A DNA stretch of 64,000 bases from Chloroflexota bacterium (GCA_013388795.1 JACAEP010000072.1:1556-65555); one strand, 5' to 3'. Numbered from the stretch's first letter, positions 47,412 to 57,789 are shown. A program made the numbers and translations. Notes: generated from the sequence alone by a model not told the origin.

Positions 47412-47825
47412 TTAGGAACCGTTGTCGTTGTCTTTGGCGCTATAACCCGGGCCGCTTTTGAAAAAGTCGTAGTTAAGCGGAATATCGGCAGTAAGGTCAA
47501 CCACTTCACCCGCTTCGAGTTGTTTGGTGGTTTCAAGAACGACTTGTTTGCCGTGATGATTGGCGGCTTCGTAGTGGCCGGTAAGACCAACACGGTTGAT
47601 GTATTCGCCGCCCTTGGCAGTGTATGCCGAGGGAACTTCATCTTCCGGGAAAATGGCGCTGAAAGGGCACTCAGGCACGCAAGCGCCGCAGTCAATGCAG
47701 GTGTCGGGGTCAATATAAACCATCGGGAAACCATCGGCAGGGTTGCCGGGGACGATACACTCGACAGGGCATACTTCGATGCATCCGCGGTCGCGAACAC
47801 AGAGGCTGGTAATGATATGGGTCAT
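47412..47825 (-). CDS. FdxA-like dicluster ferredoxin with long insertion
   Basis: C..C.EVCPVECI; YIDPDTCIDCGACVPECP; EDEVP...NYDFF. Confidence 0.88.
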   Translation of the reverse strand: MTHIITSLCVRDRGCIEVCPVECIVPGNPADGFPMVYIDPDTCIDCGACVPECPFSAIFPEDEVPSAYTAKGGEYINRVGLTGHYEAANHHGKQVVLETTKQLEAGEVVDLTADIPLNYDFFKSGPGYSAKDNDNGS

Positions 47826-47954
47826 GTTTAATTCTCCTATTGAGATAATCTGCGTACCAATGCGTTTATTATATCTTTGTTTACAGGCATGACAAGGTGA
47901 AAATGAAAAGCCCTGCTTGACAGGCAGGGCTTGGGTTGATTATATAAGCGGCTT

Positions 47955-48560
47955 TTACTTGGCGGCATATTTCGCAGCGACGGCTTCCCAGTTGACGACA
48001 TTCCACCAGGCGGCGATGTAGTCAGGGCGGCGGTTCTGGTAGTTAAGATAGTAGGCATGTTCCCACACATCAATGCCGAGGATGGGGGTTACGCCATCCA
48101 TCAGCGGGCAGTCTTGATTGGCAGTGGAAACGACAGCAAGACCTTCGCCTTTTTTGACAAGCCATGCCCAGCCGGAGCCAAAACGGCTGGCGGCGGCTTT
48201 CGTGAATTCATCTTTGAAGGCATCGAAGGAATTGAAAGAAGCGTCAATCGCCTTGGCAAGATCGCCTTTGGGCGCGCCGCCAGCATTGGGAGCCATGATC
48301 TCCCAGAACAGGTTGTGGTTGTACGTGCCGCCGCCGTGGTTGCGAACAACCATGCGGACGGCCTCAGGCGCGGCATTCAAGTCGCTTAAAATGGCTTCAA
48401 GAGATTTTCCCTGAAGTTCAGGAGTCTTCTCCACAGCGCCGTTAAGGTTGGTGATGTAGGTCTGATGATGTTTGGCGTGATGAATCTCCATGGTGCGCGC
48501 GTCAATGTGAGGTTCAAGGGCATCATACGCATATGCGAGCTTAGGAAGTTCAAAAGACAT
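47955..48560 (-). CDS. sodA: Mn/Fe superoxide dismutase (Mn-type signature)
   Basis: [35 protein letters not shown]. Confidence 0.93.
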   Translation of the reverse strand: MSFELPKLAYAYDALEPHIDARTMEIHHAKHHQTYITNLNGAVEKTPELQGKSLEAILSDLNAAPEAVRMVVRNHGGGTYNHNLFWEIMAPNAGGAPKGDLAKAIDASFNSFDAFKDEFTKAAASRFGSGWAWLVKKGEGLAVVSTANQDCPLMDGVTPILGIDVWEHAYYLNYQNRRPDYIAAWWNVVNWEAVAAKYAAK

Positions 48561-48671
48561 GAGGTTTCTCCTTTTAAATTAGTTGAGTTGGTCTTGATAA
48601 TTTTATCCTGTCGAAAAGTGAGGCGCAAGACAGATAAAAGAATTTATAAACAGCGGGCTTGCATCCTTTTC

Positions 48672-48911
48672 TTAACCGTTCTTGTTACCGCCCATCAGAC
48701 CGCCAAGCAGACCTGCGGCATCATCGAGACCGATGCCGTCGCTCAGATCAATGTTGCCTGCCAAAATGGCATCCAGTTTGCTGCCAATATGCGGGGGCAG
48801 TTTTTTCTCGACAAAATCGAGAACCACTTCCACCGCTTGCAGGGCTTGCGCATCTGAGATCTTTACTTTTTTGGCGACCAGTTCGGCAATTTCAGTTTTT
48901 ATGTTCGACAT
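48672..48911 (-). CDS. Small helical hypothetical protein with Gly/Leu-rich tail
   Basis: AGGAG RBS before ATG 48911; ELVAKKVKISDAQA..AVEVVLDFVEKKLP. Confidence 0.65.
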   Translation of the reverse strand: MSNIKTEIAELVAKKVKISDAQALQAVEVVLDFVEKKLPPHIGSKLDAILAGNIDLSDGIGLDDAAGLLGGLMGGNKNG

Positions 48912-49031
48912 TTTGATTTCTCCTATTTGCAATGATGACCCGAATCTAGCATACCTTACACCGAAACACAAGTTGGCATCTTCTTAACATCACAGCACAA
49001 TAATTGTACAGGATCGGGTACACTGGGCGGC

Positions 49032-49955
49032 ATGATGGACTCGCGCGCCCGCTTCCTCCTCCCGCTGGCTTTGATTGCCGCCACGCTGGCCGTTTCAACG
49101 TCCAGTATTTTTATCCGTTTTGCACAAGCAGACAATGCGCCCTCCCTGGTGATCGCCGCGCTGCGAATTGCCTTTGCCACCATTTTGATCGCCCCTGTTG
49201 CGATTGCGCGCCATTGGGATGAAATCAAACGCTTCTCCCGGAGAGAACTCCTACTCGGTATAGCCTCGGGCATTTTCCTCGCCGCGCACTTCGCTGCTTG
49301 GATCACTTCGCTTGAATACACCGGTGTTACCAGTTCTGTGGTATTCGTCACAACCGGTCCCTTGTGGGTGGCATTGATTTCTCCATTATTGCTAAAAGAT
49401 CATTTATCCCGCCGGGCAGTGATGGGGCTTGCCCTGGCCGTCCTCGGCGGAACCATCATCGGACTGTCAGACGCATGTGCCTGGAATGGCAGGCTTGCCT
49501 GCCCAGCTTTTGGAGACTTATTAAAAGGCCGCGCCATGTGGGGCAACTTCCTTGCACTGATGGGCGCCTGGGCGGTCTCTGGTTACCTCATCATTGGCAG
49601 AAAACTCCGCGCAGAGACGTCGCTCGTACCGTATATTTTTTTGGTGTATGGCATGGCAGCGGTTGCGCTGGTACTCGTCATGCTCGTGACAGGGAATACG
49701 CCGTTTGGTTATAAACCGTCCACCTATGGCTGGATCTTCCTGCTGGCGGCGCTTCCACAATTGATTGGGCACACGACCTATAATTGGGCGTTAAAATACC
49801 TGACTGCCACCCTTGTCGCTGTCACGGCGCTTGGCGAACCGATCGGTTCGGCCATACTGGCTTTCTTCATCTTGAATGAAACCCCATCGCTGATGACGAT
49901 TGTTGGCGGGATTTTTATTCTTACCGGCATCTTCTTGACAAGCAAAAATTCATAA
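49032..49955 (+). CDS. EamA/DMT transporter
   Basis: About 10 TM; HFAAWITSL, QLIGH, LGEPIG. Confidence 0.85.
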   Translation: MMDSRARFLLPLALIAATLAVSTSSIFIRFAQADNAPSLVIAALRIAFATILIAPVAIARHWDEIKRFSRRELLLGIASGIFLAAHFAAWITSLEYTGVTSSVVFVTTGPLWVALISPLLLKDHLSRRAVMGLALAVLGGTIIGLSDACAWNGRLACPAFGDLLKGRAMWGNFLALMGAWAVSGYLIIGRKLRAETSLVPYIFLVYGMAAVALVLVMLVTGNTPFGYKPSTYGWIFLLAALPQLIGHTTYNWALKYLTATLVAVTALGEPIGSAILAFFILNETPSLMTIVGGIFILTGIFLTSKNS

Positions 49956-49964
49956 GTGCAGCTT

Positions 49965-50450
49965 ATGACTCAAGCGATTATCGTAATGGGCGTTTCGGGA
50001 TCAGGAAAGACAACAGTCGGTTCGCTGTTGGCGGATGAACTCGGTTGGGATTTTTACGATGCAGACGATTTTCATCCGCCAGCGAATCGAGAAAAAATGG
50101 CTCATGGAGTCGCTCTCAACGATGAAGACCGCGCAGAGTGGTTAAATTCACTTCAAAGCCTTGTTCGCAAAAATCTTAACGAAGAACAGTCTTTCGTGCT
50201 GGCTTGCTCCGCCTTGAAACAGCGTTACCGTGAGGCGCTGGCGGTAAACGAAAAGGTGTGGTTTGTGTATCTGCGCGGGTCGTATGACCAGATCGAAACA
50301 AGGATGAGGCGACGCAAGAATCATTACATGACGGTACAATTATTGCAGAGTCAGTTCGAGGCGCTGGAAGAGCCGCAAGAGGCGGTCGTCGTAGATATTT
50401 CAGACACGCCTGAAATCATTGTTCAAATCATCCGCAAAGGAATGGCATGA
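49965..50450 (+). CDS. gntK: Gluconokinase
   Basis: MGVSGSGKTT, DADDFHP, LACSALK, SQFEALEEP. Confidence 0.9.
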   Translation: MTQAIIVMGVSGSGKTTVGSLLADELGWDFYDADDFHPPANREKMAHGVALNDEDRAEWLNSLQSLVRKNLNEEQSFVLACSALKQRYREALAVNEKVWFVYLRGSYDQIETRMRRRKNHYMTVQLLQSQFEALEEPQEAVVVDISDTPEIIVQIIRKGMA

Positions 50451-50932
50451 TAAAACTCCCCGCTCATCTTTATTTGGATATGCATAACATCCCGTATGAG
50501 GCAAAACGTTTTTCACCCGAAACCGAAAAAGGCGCGGCAAACGTGGCCAATGCTTTGGGCTTTCCAGAACGCCAGGCGGTAAAGACCCTGATCTTTCAGG
50601 TGGTGGATACAGGCGAGTGCGTGCTGGTGATGCTGGGGGGCGACCAGAGCGCAATCTCCGGTAATTTGAAGAAGGCCATCGGTTCGCGCAATATTCGGAT
50701 GGCGCCGCCTGAACGGGTGAGGGAAGTGACCGGCTATGCGATCGGTTCGATCCCCGCCTTTGGCTGGCAGCCCGAAGGATTCCGCTCCTTCCTCGAAGCC
50801 ACTCTGATGGATGAGCCAACCCTGGGGACGGGGGCGGGGCAATGGGGTGAGGAGATCATGATCGCGCCAGAAAATTTGGTGAAAGCAAGCCGGGCAGCGG
50901 TGGTGAATTTGACGCTTAAGAGCAGTGAATAG
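50447..50932 (+). CDS. YbaK/EbsC aminoacyl-tRNA deacylase
   Basis: VKTL, TGYAIGSIPAFG, GAG.WG. Confidence 0.85.
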   Translation: MIKLPAHLYLDMHNIPYEAKRFSPETEKGAANVANALGFPERQAVKTLIFQVVDTGECVLVMLGGDQSAISGNLKKAIGSRNIRMAPPERVREVTGYAIGSIPAFGWQPEGFRSFLEATLMDEPTLGTGAGQWGEEIMIAPENLVKASRAAVVNLTLKSSE

Positions 50933-50974
50933 GGAAATAGGGCATTTTAGATTAGCAGTCTGGTTGGAGGCCTG

Positions 50975-51496
50975 ATGGACGCGCAGATTCGGAAGTTGAT
51001 CGATCATTTTGGGTTTGAGCCATTGCCAGTCGAGGGGACGTTGTTTGTAAGCACGTACCGTTCAGGAAACATGCCAAATGGAAAACCGTATGGAACGGGG
51101 ATGATCGGGATGTATTGTCATGAACCGCGCAGTATCTCATACTTCCACAAGTTGACGATTGATGAGATGTGGCATTTCTACGGCGGCGATCCGTTGCGTT
51201 TGATTCTGCTTTACCCGGATGGGACGAGCCGGAATGTGATCCTGGGGAATGAGCCGCTGAAGGGACATCAGGTTCAATTCGTCATTCCCGCCGGGGTTTG
51301 GCAGGCGGGGCAATGTGTGGAACGCGGAAAATATTCACTGTTCGGCTGCACACTCGCGCCGGGCTTTACAGGCGATATTTTTACAGGCGGAACCCAAACA
51401 GAATTGCTCAAGCAATACCCGGATCGTAAAGAAGATATTTTGAAATTTGGGTTGACTGGCGCCGAAACCAGCATGCCGGAAGGATTTGCAAATTAA
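50975..51496 (+). CDS. DUF985-type cupin
   Basis: PVEG, FHKL..DEMWHFY.GDPL, PAGVWQ, GCTLAPGF. Confidence 0.85.
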   Translation: MDAQIRKLIDHFGFEPLPVEGTLFVSTYRSGNMPNGKPYGTGMIGMYCHEPRSISYFHKLTIDEMWHFYGGDPLRLILLYPDGTSRNVILGNEPLKGHQVQFVIPAGVWQAGQCVERGKYSLFGCTLAPGFTGDIFTGGTQTELLKQYPDRKEDILKFGLTGAETSMPEGFAN

Positions 51497-51499
51497 ACC

Positions 51500-52540
51500 A
51501 TGAATAAACTGCAAAACATTCAAGCGCTGCGCGGGGTGGCAGCGCTGGTTGTTGTTCTTTTTCATCTGGTGTTGATCGAACGAAAATATGGCGGGGCAAA
51601 TCACATCCTGCCGGATTGGCTGCAATTCGGCATGTTTGGGGTGGACCTGTTCTTCGTCATCAGCGGATTTGTGATGGTGATGGTAACGCGGGGAAAATTT
51701 CAACACGTCAAAAATGCGCTGATATTTCTCTACCATCGCGCCTCGCGCATTTATCCATTGTATTGGGTCTACACTACCCTGGGACTGGTCGTATTTTTGA
51801 TCCGCCCCACATGGGTAAACAGTTCTCAGGGCAATCAGGTCAACATTTTAGCCTCGTATCTTTTACTGCCAGACTCGCTCCTGCCGCTTGTTCAGGTCGG
51901 TTGGACATTGATCCATGAGATGTATTTTTATCTTGTATTCTTTCTCTTAATGCTGAGCCTGCCGGAACGTTTTTTACCGGCTGCAATGCTGGTCTGGGGC
52001 GTCCTCATTGCCATTTTCGACAGGCGAACAGGCGGGGCAGCGCTTGACCTGGTCTTTCATCCATTGACGATTGAATTCATCGCAGGCTGTCTGCTGGCGT
52101 GGCATTACCGCCACTTCACGAGCGTGAATATCAATGCAAGCGGGCTGGCAGCAGCGACCTGCACAGGCTTGGCAGCGGCGGCGCTTGGATATGTGTATTA
52201 CGAAAATCAGACGGGGTCTCCGCCCGGCGGGTGGTGGCGGCTGGTTTATTACGGCATCCCCGCGGTCGTGATCGTATTTTCGGGCACGCACGCAGAAAGA
52301 AATGGGATGATTTTGCCTGCGTTCCTGATCCAGAATGGAAACGCTTCTTACTCGATCTATCTTTCGCATCTTTTTACGATCAATGCGGTGGGAAGACTTT
52401 GGAACGTCTTTGCCAGCGACGGCATTGTTGACAATCTGTTTGCCTTGCTCGTCACGTTGGCGGCGGTTCTGGCGGTTGGCTTCGCCAGTTATTGGATGCT
52501 GGAAACCCCGCTGTTAAGACTCAGCCGTAAATTGGCTTAA
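51500..52540 (+). CDS. Acyltransferase-3 family (ExoZ/OafA-like)
   Basis: IQALRGVAA, GVDLFFVISGF, RIYPLYW, WTLIHEMYFY, SYSIYLSH. Confidence 0.88.
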   Translation: MNKLQNIQALRGVAALVVVLFHLVLIERKYGGANHILPDWLQFGMFGVDLFFVISGFVMVMVTRGKFQHVKNALIFLYHRASRIYPLYWVYTTLGLVVFLIRPTWVNSSQGNQVNILASYLLLPDSLLPLVQVGWTLIHEMYFYLVFFLLMLSLPERFLPAAMLVWGVLIAIFDRRTGGAALDLVFHPLTIEFIAGCLLAWHYRHFTSVNINASGLAAATCTGLAAAALGYVYYENQTGSPPGGWWRLVYYGIPAVVIVFSGTHAERNGMILPAFLIQNGNASYSIYLSHLFTINAVGRLWNVFASDGIVDNLFALLVTLAAVLAVGFASYWMLETPLLRLSRKLA

Positions 52541-52553
52541 GCAAATCTCCTTG

Positions 52554-53336
52554 TCACTTTCCCATGAATTGATATAACAAGACCCCCGCCGCAACTGCCA
52601 AATTCAATGAACTCACTCGCCCGCGCATGGGCATGGAAATAGTGACATCGCAAAATGAATTTTGCTCCGGAGATAACCCTTTTTGTTCATTGCCCAGCAC
52701 TAACACCCACGGCTTATGCGGCACAAGAGTGTGATAGTCCACGTCAGCTTTGGCAGATGTGCCGATGAGCTGTCGATTGCCCTGCCGCGCCCACGCAACG
52801 AACGCATCAAAAGAAGACTGCACAACAGGTTTCCAAAACAAAGTACCCATACTGGCACGAATCACGGTGGGATGGTACAACTCCACGCCGCCATTGAGCA
52901 GGAAGAGCGCATCGGCATCCACAGCATCCATACTGCGCAGGATGGCGCCAAGGTTGCCCGGGTCTTGCGGAGAGACCAATGCCACCGAACGCGCCGGATC
53001 TTTCAGGTCGTTGAGTGTGACGCGTTTTTGTCGAACGACGGCAAGAATACCTTGCGGGTTTTCCTTATCGGCGATGGATTCGATGACTGGCACAGAAACC
53101 GGTTGCAGCCGCAGTCCGAGGCGGGCAGCATGAGCCAGTACGTCTTTGGCAAAGCGGCTGGTGAGCAAGTCGGGCGCGTATAGAATGGAATCTACCTGCC
53201 AGCCCGCTTCAATAACCTCACCCACATGGGCAATGCCCTCGACCAGAAACGAATTGGTTTCGACGCGGGCTTTCTTCTGCCGCAAAGCGCGAACTTGTTT
53301 GATGAATGGATTGGAAATACTGGTGAGAAGTTCCAT
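52554..53336 (-). CDS. TrmH/SpoU RNA methyltransferase
   Basis: QDPGNLGAILR, GNEQKGL, PMRGRVSSLNLA. Confidence 0.9.
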   Translation of the reverse strand: MELLTSISNPFIKQVRALRQKKARVETNSFLVEGIAHVGEVIEAGWQVDSILYAPDLLTSRFAKDVLAHAARLGLRLQPVSVPVIESIADKENPQGILAVVRQKRVTLNDLKDPARSVALVSPQDPGNLGAILRSMDAVDADALFLLNGGVELYHPTVIRASMGTLFWKPVVQSSFDAFVAWARQGNRQLIGTSAKADVDYHTLVPHKPWVLVLGNEQKGLSPEQNSFCDVTISMPMRGRVSSLNLAVAAGVLLYQFMGK

Positions 53337-53387
53337 GCTTGAAATTGTATCCGAAAAACTTGTAGTATGATTCGAAAAGGAGCAGCC

Positions 53388-53603
53388 ATGAATACCTTAG
53401 GCAATGAAACGATTCAAAACCATTTCTTGCGGGCGCAAATTTCATGATTGTTTACATTTACACATCCAACGACCGGCTTTGGGGTTGCAGACAGCTTTGG
53501 CGCGCTGGGTTTAATCTACTTCTCGATAAACGAAGGACGCGAAGCGTTTGAAAAAGCGCGCGGGTTGGAATATTCCTGCGAGGATGAACGCCGCGCCGAA
53601 TGA
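53388..53603 (+). pseudogene. Gene remnant resembling the C-terminus of a cation-transporter-type membrane protein
   Basis: AGGAG+ATG 53388, in-frame TGA 53445-53447, then TGFGVADSFGALGLIYFSINEGREAFEKARGLEYSCEDE. Confidence 0.5.
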
Positions 53604-53604
53604 T

Positions 53605-54825
53605 ATGTCAATGAAGAACATTCTTTCTTTCACGCTGGCCGTATTTGTGCTGGCGGGATGTCAGCCATTTACTCGTTCTGTAACCATTCTTGATGGGGAG
53701 AGGCAGGTCGTGATAAACACCCGCGAGGATGCGCCGTTTGCAATACTTGAACAGGCGGGCGTCGACATGCAGCCAGGCGACCGCATACTGGTGAATGGAA
53801 TGCCGCATGGATTAAGTGACGCCGTCGCTTTCGATGGAGATTTGCAGATTCAAGTCCTGCGCTCCGTGGCGATCAGGCTGGTCACACCATCAGGCGAACA
53901 AAAAATTCAAACCTCTGCTCCAACAGTCAACGATGTGTTAAGAGAAAATGGAATTTCCGCTGACACCTACGATGAAGTGATTCCGCCTCTGACTGCGCCG
54001 ATTGCGGATGCCATGACCATCACGTTTACTCCCGCCCAAACACTGACCGTGATCTCTGGCGATGCAACCTTCACGATCCATGCCGCGGCGCGGACGGTGG
54101 GCGAAGCCCTGGCTGAGGCGGGGATTCCGCTGATGGGGTTGGATACCAGTTTTCCGTCTGAGAATGAGGCGCTGCCTGCTGACGGGCAGATCCACGTGAC
54201 GAGAGTCCGCGAATCCATTTTAGTGGAATTTGAATCCCTTCCTTTTTCCATTGAAGAACGAGAGTCGGCAGATGTGGCATTTGGACAGCGGGAAATTTTG
54301 CAGAGCGGGATGAACGGCACGGCAATCGTGCGCACGCGCATCCGGTATGAAAATGGCGTGGAAGTGAAGCGCACCGAAGAAGAGAAGTCTGTTATGAAAG
54401 AGCCGGTACCGCAGATCGTTGCGAACGGCTCGAAGATCGCGCTTTCGCCCGCAGGCGGAGATGCGCCGTATCCATACTGGTATGCCGAGCAGATGTATGC
54501 CACCTGGTATTCGCCCTGTAATTCTGGCACGGGGTCTTGTTCGTATGGCACCGCCAGCGGCGCGCGCGCAGGCTATGGCATTGTGGCTGTGGATTATTCG
54601 ATCTACCCGTATCTGGCAGGGATGCGCGTGTACATTCCCGGGTATGGCGTGGCAACCATCGGCGATACCGGCGGCGGTCCGATCATTGAGACGGCGTTTG
54701 GGGTGGCGCGCACGCAATGGATCGATCTCGGCTATGATGATAACAATATCGGCGGGTTAACCGGCTGGGTAACGGTATATTTCCTTGAGCCTGCCCCGGC
54801 AGAGATCCCCTATTTCTTTCAGTAA
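53605..54825 (+). CDS. YabE/RpfB-architecture lipoprotein (DUF348-like repeats, G5, 3D domain)
   Basis: LAGC lipobox; TVNDVL/TVGEAL repeats; G5 RYENGVEV; 3D motif VAVD...GDTGG...IDL. Confidence 0.82.
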   Translation: MSMKNILSFTLAVFVLAGCQPFTRSVTILDGERQVVINTREDAPFAILEQAGVDMQPGDRILVNGMPHGLSDAVAFDGDLQIQVLRSVAIRLVTPSGEQKIQTSAPTVNDVLRENGISADTYDEVIPPLTAPIADAMTITFTPAQTLTVISGDATFTIHAAARTVGEALAEAGIPLMGLDTSFPSENEALPADGQIHVTRVRESILVEFESLPFSIEERESADVAFGQREILQSGMNGTAIVRTRIRYENGVEVKRTEEEKSVMKEPVPQIVANGSKIALSPAGGDAPYPYWYAEQMYATWYSPCNSGTGSCSYGTASGARAGYGIVAVDYSIYPYLAGMRVYIPGYGVATIGDTGGGPIIETAFGVARTQWIDLGYDDNNIGGLTGWVTVYFLEPAPAEIPYFFQ

Positions 54826-54831
54826 CGGGAT

Positions 54832-55968
54832 ATGACGCAAACTCAACGAACCATTATTTTCATCCTTGCAGCGATTGCGCTGGCGCTTATGCTGGCGCTG
54901 GGCATATACGTATATCACTCGGCGCAGACAATGGCACAGCAGCCGCTGGGCCCTGCCTTGCCTGTCATGCCGGAACAAGCGCTGCCACCCACCTGGACAG
55001 CCTCCCCTGGCCCCACACCAACCCAAATGGGCGTGGTAACGCTTGCCCCGCAAGTCAGTTTCCCCACCCACACACCCGGTCCGCGCTGCGGGGGCCCGGC
55101 GGTGATGAATGTGCTGGTGGTCGGCTCGGACGCGCGCGCCGACAACTATTTATATGGACTGGCAGATGCCATCCGCCTGATGCGGGTGGATTTTGTAACG
55201 CCCAAGGTAAGCGTATTGGAGTTTCCGCGCGATCTATGGGTGTATATTCCGCACATTGAAGATAATTTGAACGGGCAAGACCACGAGAAGATCAATCAGG
55301 CGTTTTTATATGGTCAGCCGGGTTTCCAATATTGGGACGACCCCAGCGAAGGCTCCGGCTTGCTGGCATTGACGCTTAATCAAAACTTCGGCGCGGACGT
55401 GGATCATTATCTCACCGTCAACATGCGCACCTTCGTACACATGGTGGATGCGCTGGGCGGGATCGAAGTGAACATCCCCGATGAAACGGTTGCCAAGACC
55501 AGCGGGCTTTCCGTCGGCAGGCATACACTCAACGGCGAACAGGCGCTTAAACTCGCCCGCAACCGGTCTGGCGGAATTTTTGAACGCGCCGACAACCAAG
55601 ATTTGGTTTTGTGCGCTTTGCGAAAAAAAATGACCCAACCGCAGGTAGTGGCAGACATCCCAGCGTTAATCGAGTCGTTCGAGGATAACATTCGCACCGA
55701 TTTCACCCCGCAACAACTCAGCCAGTTGGCATGTCTGGCGGCGCAAATGCCGCCCGAAAATATAGTACTGGCAAGTTTTCCGGGCGAGCTGTTCAAACAG
55801 ACGCGCACATACGACCCGGTCTTTGATAAACGCGTTTCGATCCTGGAAGTCGACCCGCTCATTTTGAGCGATTTCGTGGCGCGCTTTCAGGCAGGCGCGT
55901 GGCCGATCCCTGAACCGGAAAGTTCACGCGACATCGACCCGGAAGATAACGCGGTGGTATGCGAATGA
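54832..55968 (+). CDS. LytR-CpsA-Psr (LCP) family protein
   Basis: NVLVVGSD, FPRDLWV, KINQA, VDALGGIEV, ALKLARNR. Confidence 0.9.
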   Translation: MTQTQRTIIFILAAIALALMLALGIYVYHSAQTMAQQPLGPALPVMPEQALPPTWTASPGPTPTQMGVVTLAPQVSFPTHTPGPRCGGPAVMNVLVVGSDARADNYLYGLADAIRLMRVDFVTPKVSVLEFPRDLWVYIPHIEDNLNGQDHEKINQAFLYGQPGFQYWDDPSEGSGLLALTLNQNFGADVDHYLTVNMRTFVHMVDALGGIEVNIPDETVAKTSGLSVGRHTLNGEQALKLARNRSGGIFERADNQDLVLCALRKKMTQPQVVADIPALIESFEDNIRTDFTPQQLSQLACLAAQMPPENIVLASFPGELFKQTRTYDPVFDKRVSILEVDPLILSDFVARFQAGAWPIPEPESSRDIDPEDNAVVCE

Positions 55969-56807
55969 ATTACGCTTCGATCCCTCCGTTGAATGCGGCA
56001 GCGGCGCTCAAACGTTATGGTCTGCGCGCCGAGAAACGCCTCGGTCAGAATTTTTTGCAAGACCCATTCGCCCTGGAAAAAATCGCCCGCGCAGCTGAAA
56101 TTCAGGCAGATGACTGTGTCTTGGAAATTGGTCCTGGCCTTGGCAGTCTCACCCGCTATCTGGCTGTCTCTGCCCGAAAGGTTGCAGCGGTCGAACTGGA
56201 CCCGGACCTGATTCCGCCTCTCAAAGCGATCCTTACGCCGCACCCGAATGTAACCATCACTCATGGCGACATCCTCAACCTGAACATCGCCGACCTCGTT
56301 GATCAGCCCGGCTACATCGTCGCTGCAAACATTCCCTACAACATTACGTCTGCCATCATTCGGCGCTTGCTCGAAAGCGAGCCCAAGCCGCGCCGCGTCG
56401 TATTAACCATTCAAAAGGAAGTGGCAGAACGCATTTGCGCCCGTCCCGGCGACTTGAGTCTGCTGGCGCTGAGCGTGCAAGTGTACGGCAACCCGCGCAT
56501 CGAGTCCAAAATCCCAGCCGGAGCCTTCCACCCCATCCCCAATGTAGACTCTGCCATTCTGCGCATTGATATCTACGACCAGCCGCTTATTTCCACAGAA
56601 ATGTTGCCAACCTTCTTTAAACTCATCAAAGCCGGTTTCAGCCACAAACGCAAAACCCTGAGAAATTCCCTTTCGTCTGGTTTGCATATCAAGCCCGTAG
56701 AGGCTGAATCTCTGTTAACCGACGCAGGGATCGACCCCATGCGCCGCGCTGAGACTCTGTCTATGGAAGAATGGAAAAAGTTGTGCGAAAACCAAAAACA
56801 ACCTTAG
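55965..56807 (+). CDS. rsmA: 16S rRNA adenine dimethyltransferase
   Basis: LGQNFL, EIGPGLG, ANIPYNITS, QKEVAER, RKTLRN, RRAETL. Confidence 0.95.
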   Translation: MNYASIPPLNAAAALKRYGLRAEKRLGQNFLQDPFALEKIARAAEIQADDCVLEIGPGLGSLTRYLAVSARKVAAVELDPDLIPPLKAILTPHPNVTITHGDILNLNIADLVDQPGYIVAANIPYNITSAIIRRLLESEPKPRRVVLTIQKEVAERICARPGDLSLLALSVQVYGNPRIESKIPAGAFHPIPNVDSAILRIDIYDQPLISTEMLPTFFKLIKAGFSHKRKTLRNSLSSGLHIKPVEAESLLTDAGIDPMRRAETLSMEEWKKLCENQKQP

Positions 56808-56923
56808 CGCCCAAACACAACACCGCTCGGGAAGCGGCTTGGGCGCTAGTACTAATAGCACAAGCCCGTTTCCTTTGATATCTGAAGGACTTATGCCATA
56901 ATATAGACACAAAGGAGAAAGCC

Positions 56924-57724
56924 ATGTATCGGAAAAAATCTATTTTATTCGTATTCTTTATCTTAATTTTCGCGCTTTCGGCCTGCAATCTACCCAGCAG
57001 CGCCCCGACGGAAAACCCCACCCCTGATCTCGCCCTCACCGTCACCGCACTAGCTGGCGGAATGGCAGGCAACGATACGCCTGCCGCGCCAGCCAACCCG
57101 CAAGAGACAGCCACGCCGCAGTTCACAACGACGGCGGCATTCACCCCCACTCCCTCTGTTCCACAAGTGACCGTCAGTGTCAACACAAACTGCCGGACAG
57201 GTCCCGGTGTTGTCTATGACAACATCGGTGCCTTGCTCGTCGGTCAGGTAGGCACGGTCATTGGGAAAAACTCTCAAACTGGTTACTGGATCATTAACAA
57301 CCCCGGCAAGACTGGCGCCTGCTGGTTATACCCACAATACGCCACCGTCTCTGGAAACACCGCAAACTTACAGGAGTATTCCATTCCGCCCACCCCCACG
57401 CCTACGGCAACATCCACGCCGACTCAAACACCCACGCCATCCGCCCCTGCGCCGGTCAACAATGTCATCATGGAAATGACCTGCCCGAATCCAAGTCACT
57501 CAGGAACGCTGAAATGGGAGGACAAGTCCAACAATGAGGACGGGTTCAACATTTACATTAACGGTTCTCTGGTGGCCAGCATCCCGGCTAACAGCACCTC
57601 GTATGCGGTTGCGGCTGCTCCGGGCGGCCCGTTCCCCGGTGGAATTGCATCCCTCTTTGAAGTGGAAGCATTCAATGCCGCCGGAAAAGCCGCCAAGAAG
57701 AGTGTGTCGCAAGGCTGTCCATAA
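56924..57724 (+). CDS. Lipoprotein with SH3-like and Fn3-like domains
   Basis: LSAC lipobox; TNCRTGPG..Y, CW; LKWEDKSNNEDGF...VEAFNAAG. Confidence 0.75.
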   Translation: MYRKKSILFVFFILIFALSACNLPSSAPTENPTPDLALTVTALAGGMAGNDTPAAPANPQETATPQFTTTAAFTPTPSVPQVTVSVNTNCRTGPGVVYDNIGALLVGQVGTVIGKNSQTGYWIINNPGKTGACWLYPQYATVSGNTANLQEYSIPPTPTPTATSTPTQTPTPSAPAPVNNVIMEMTCPNPSHSGTLKWEDKSNNEDGFNIYINGSLVASIPANSTSYAVAAAPGGPFPGGIASLFEVEAFNAAGKAAKKSVSQGCP

Positions 57725-57789
57725 TCACAGCCTCGAAATGAACAAAACGTCTTGCAGGTTTCTGCAAGACGTTTTGTATAATCACCCTC

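Noticed and set aside
53445-53447. Selenocysteine read-through of the in-frame TGA
   Set aside because: No redox motif context and no evident SECIS hairpin; a pseudogene is the simpler explanation.
57390-57450. Pro/Thr repeats in several lipoproteins as DNA repeats
   Set aside because: Ordinary low-complexity linkers with varied codons.
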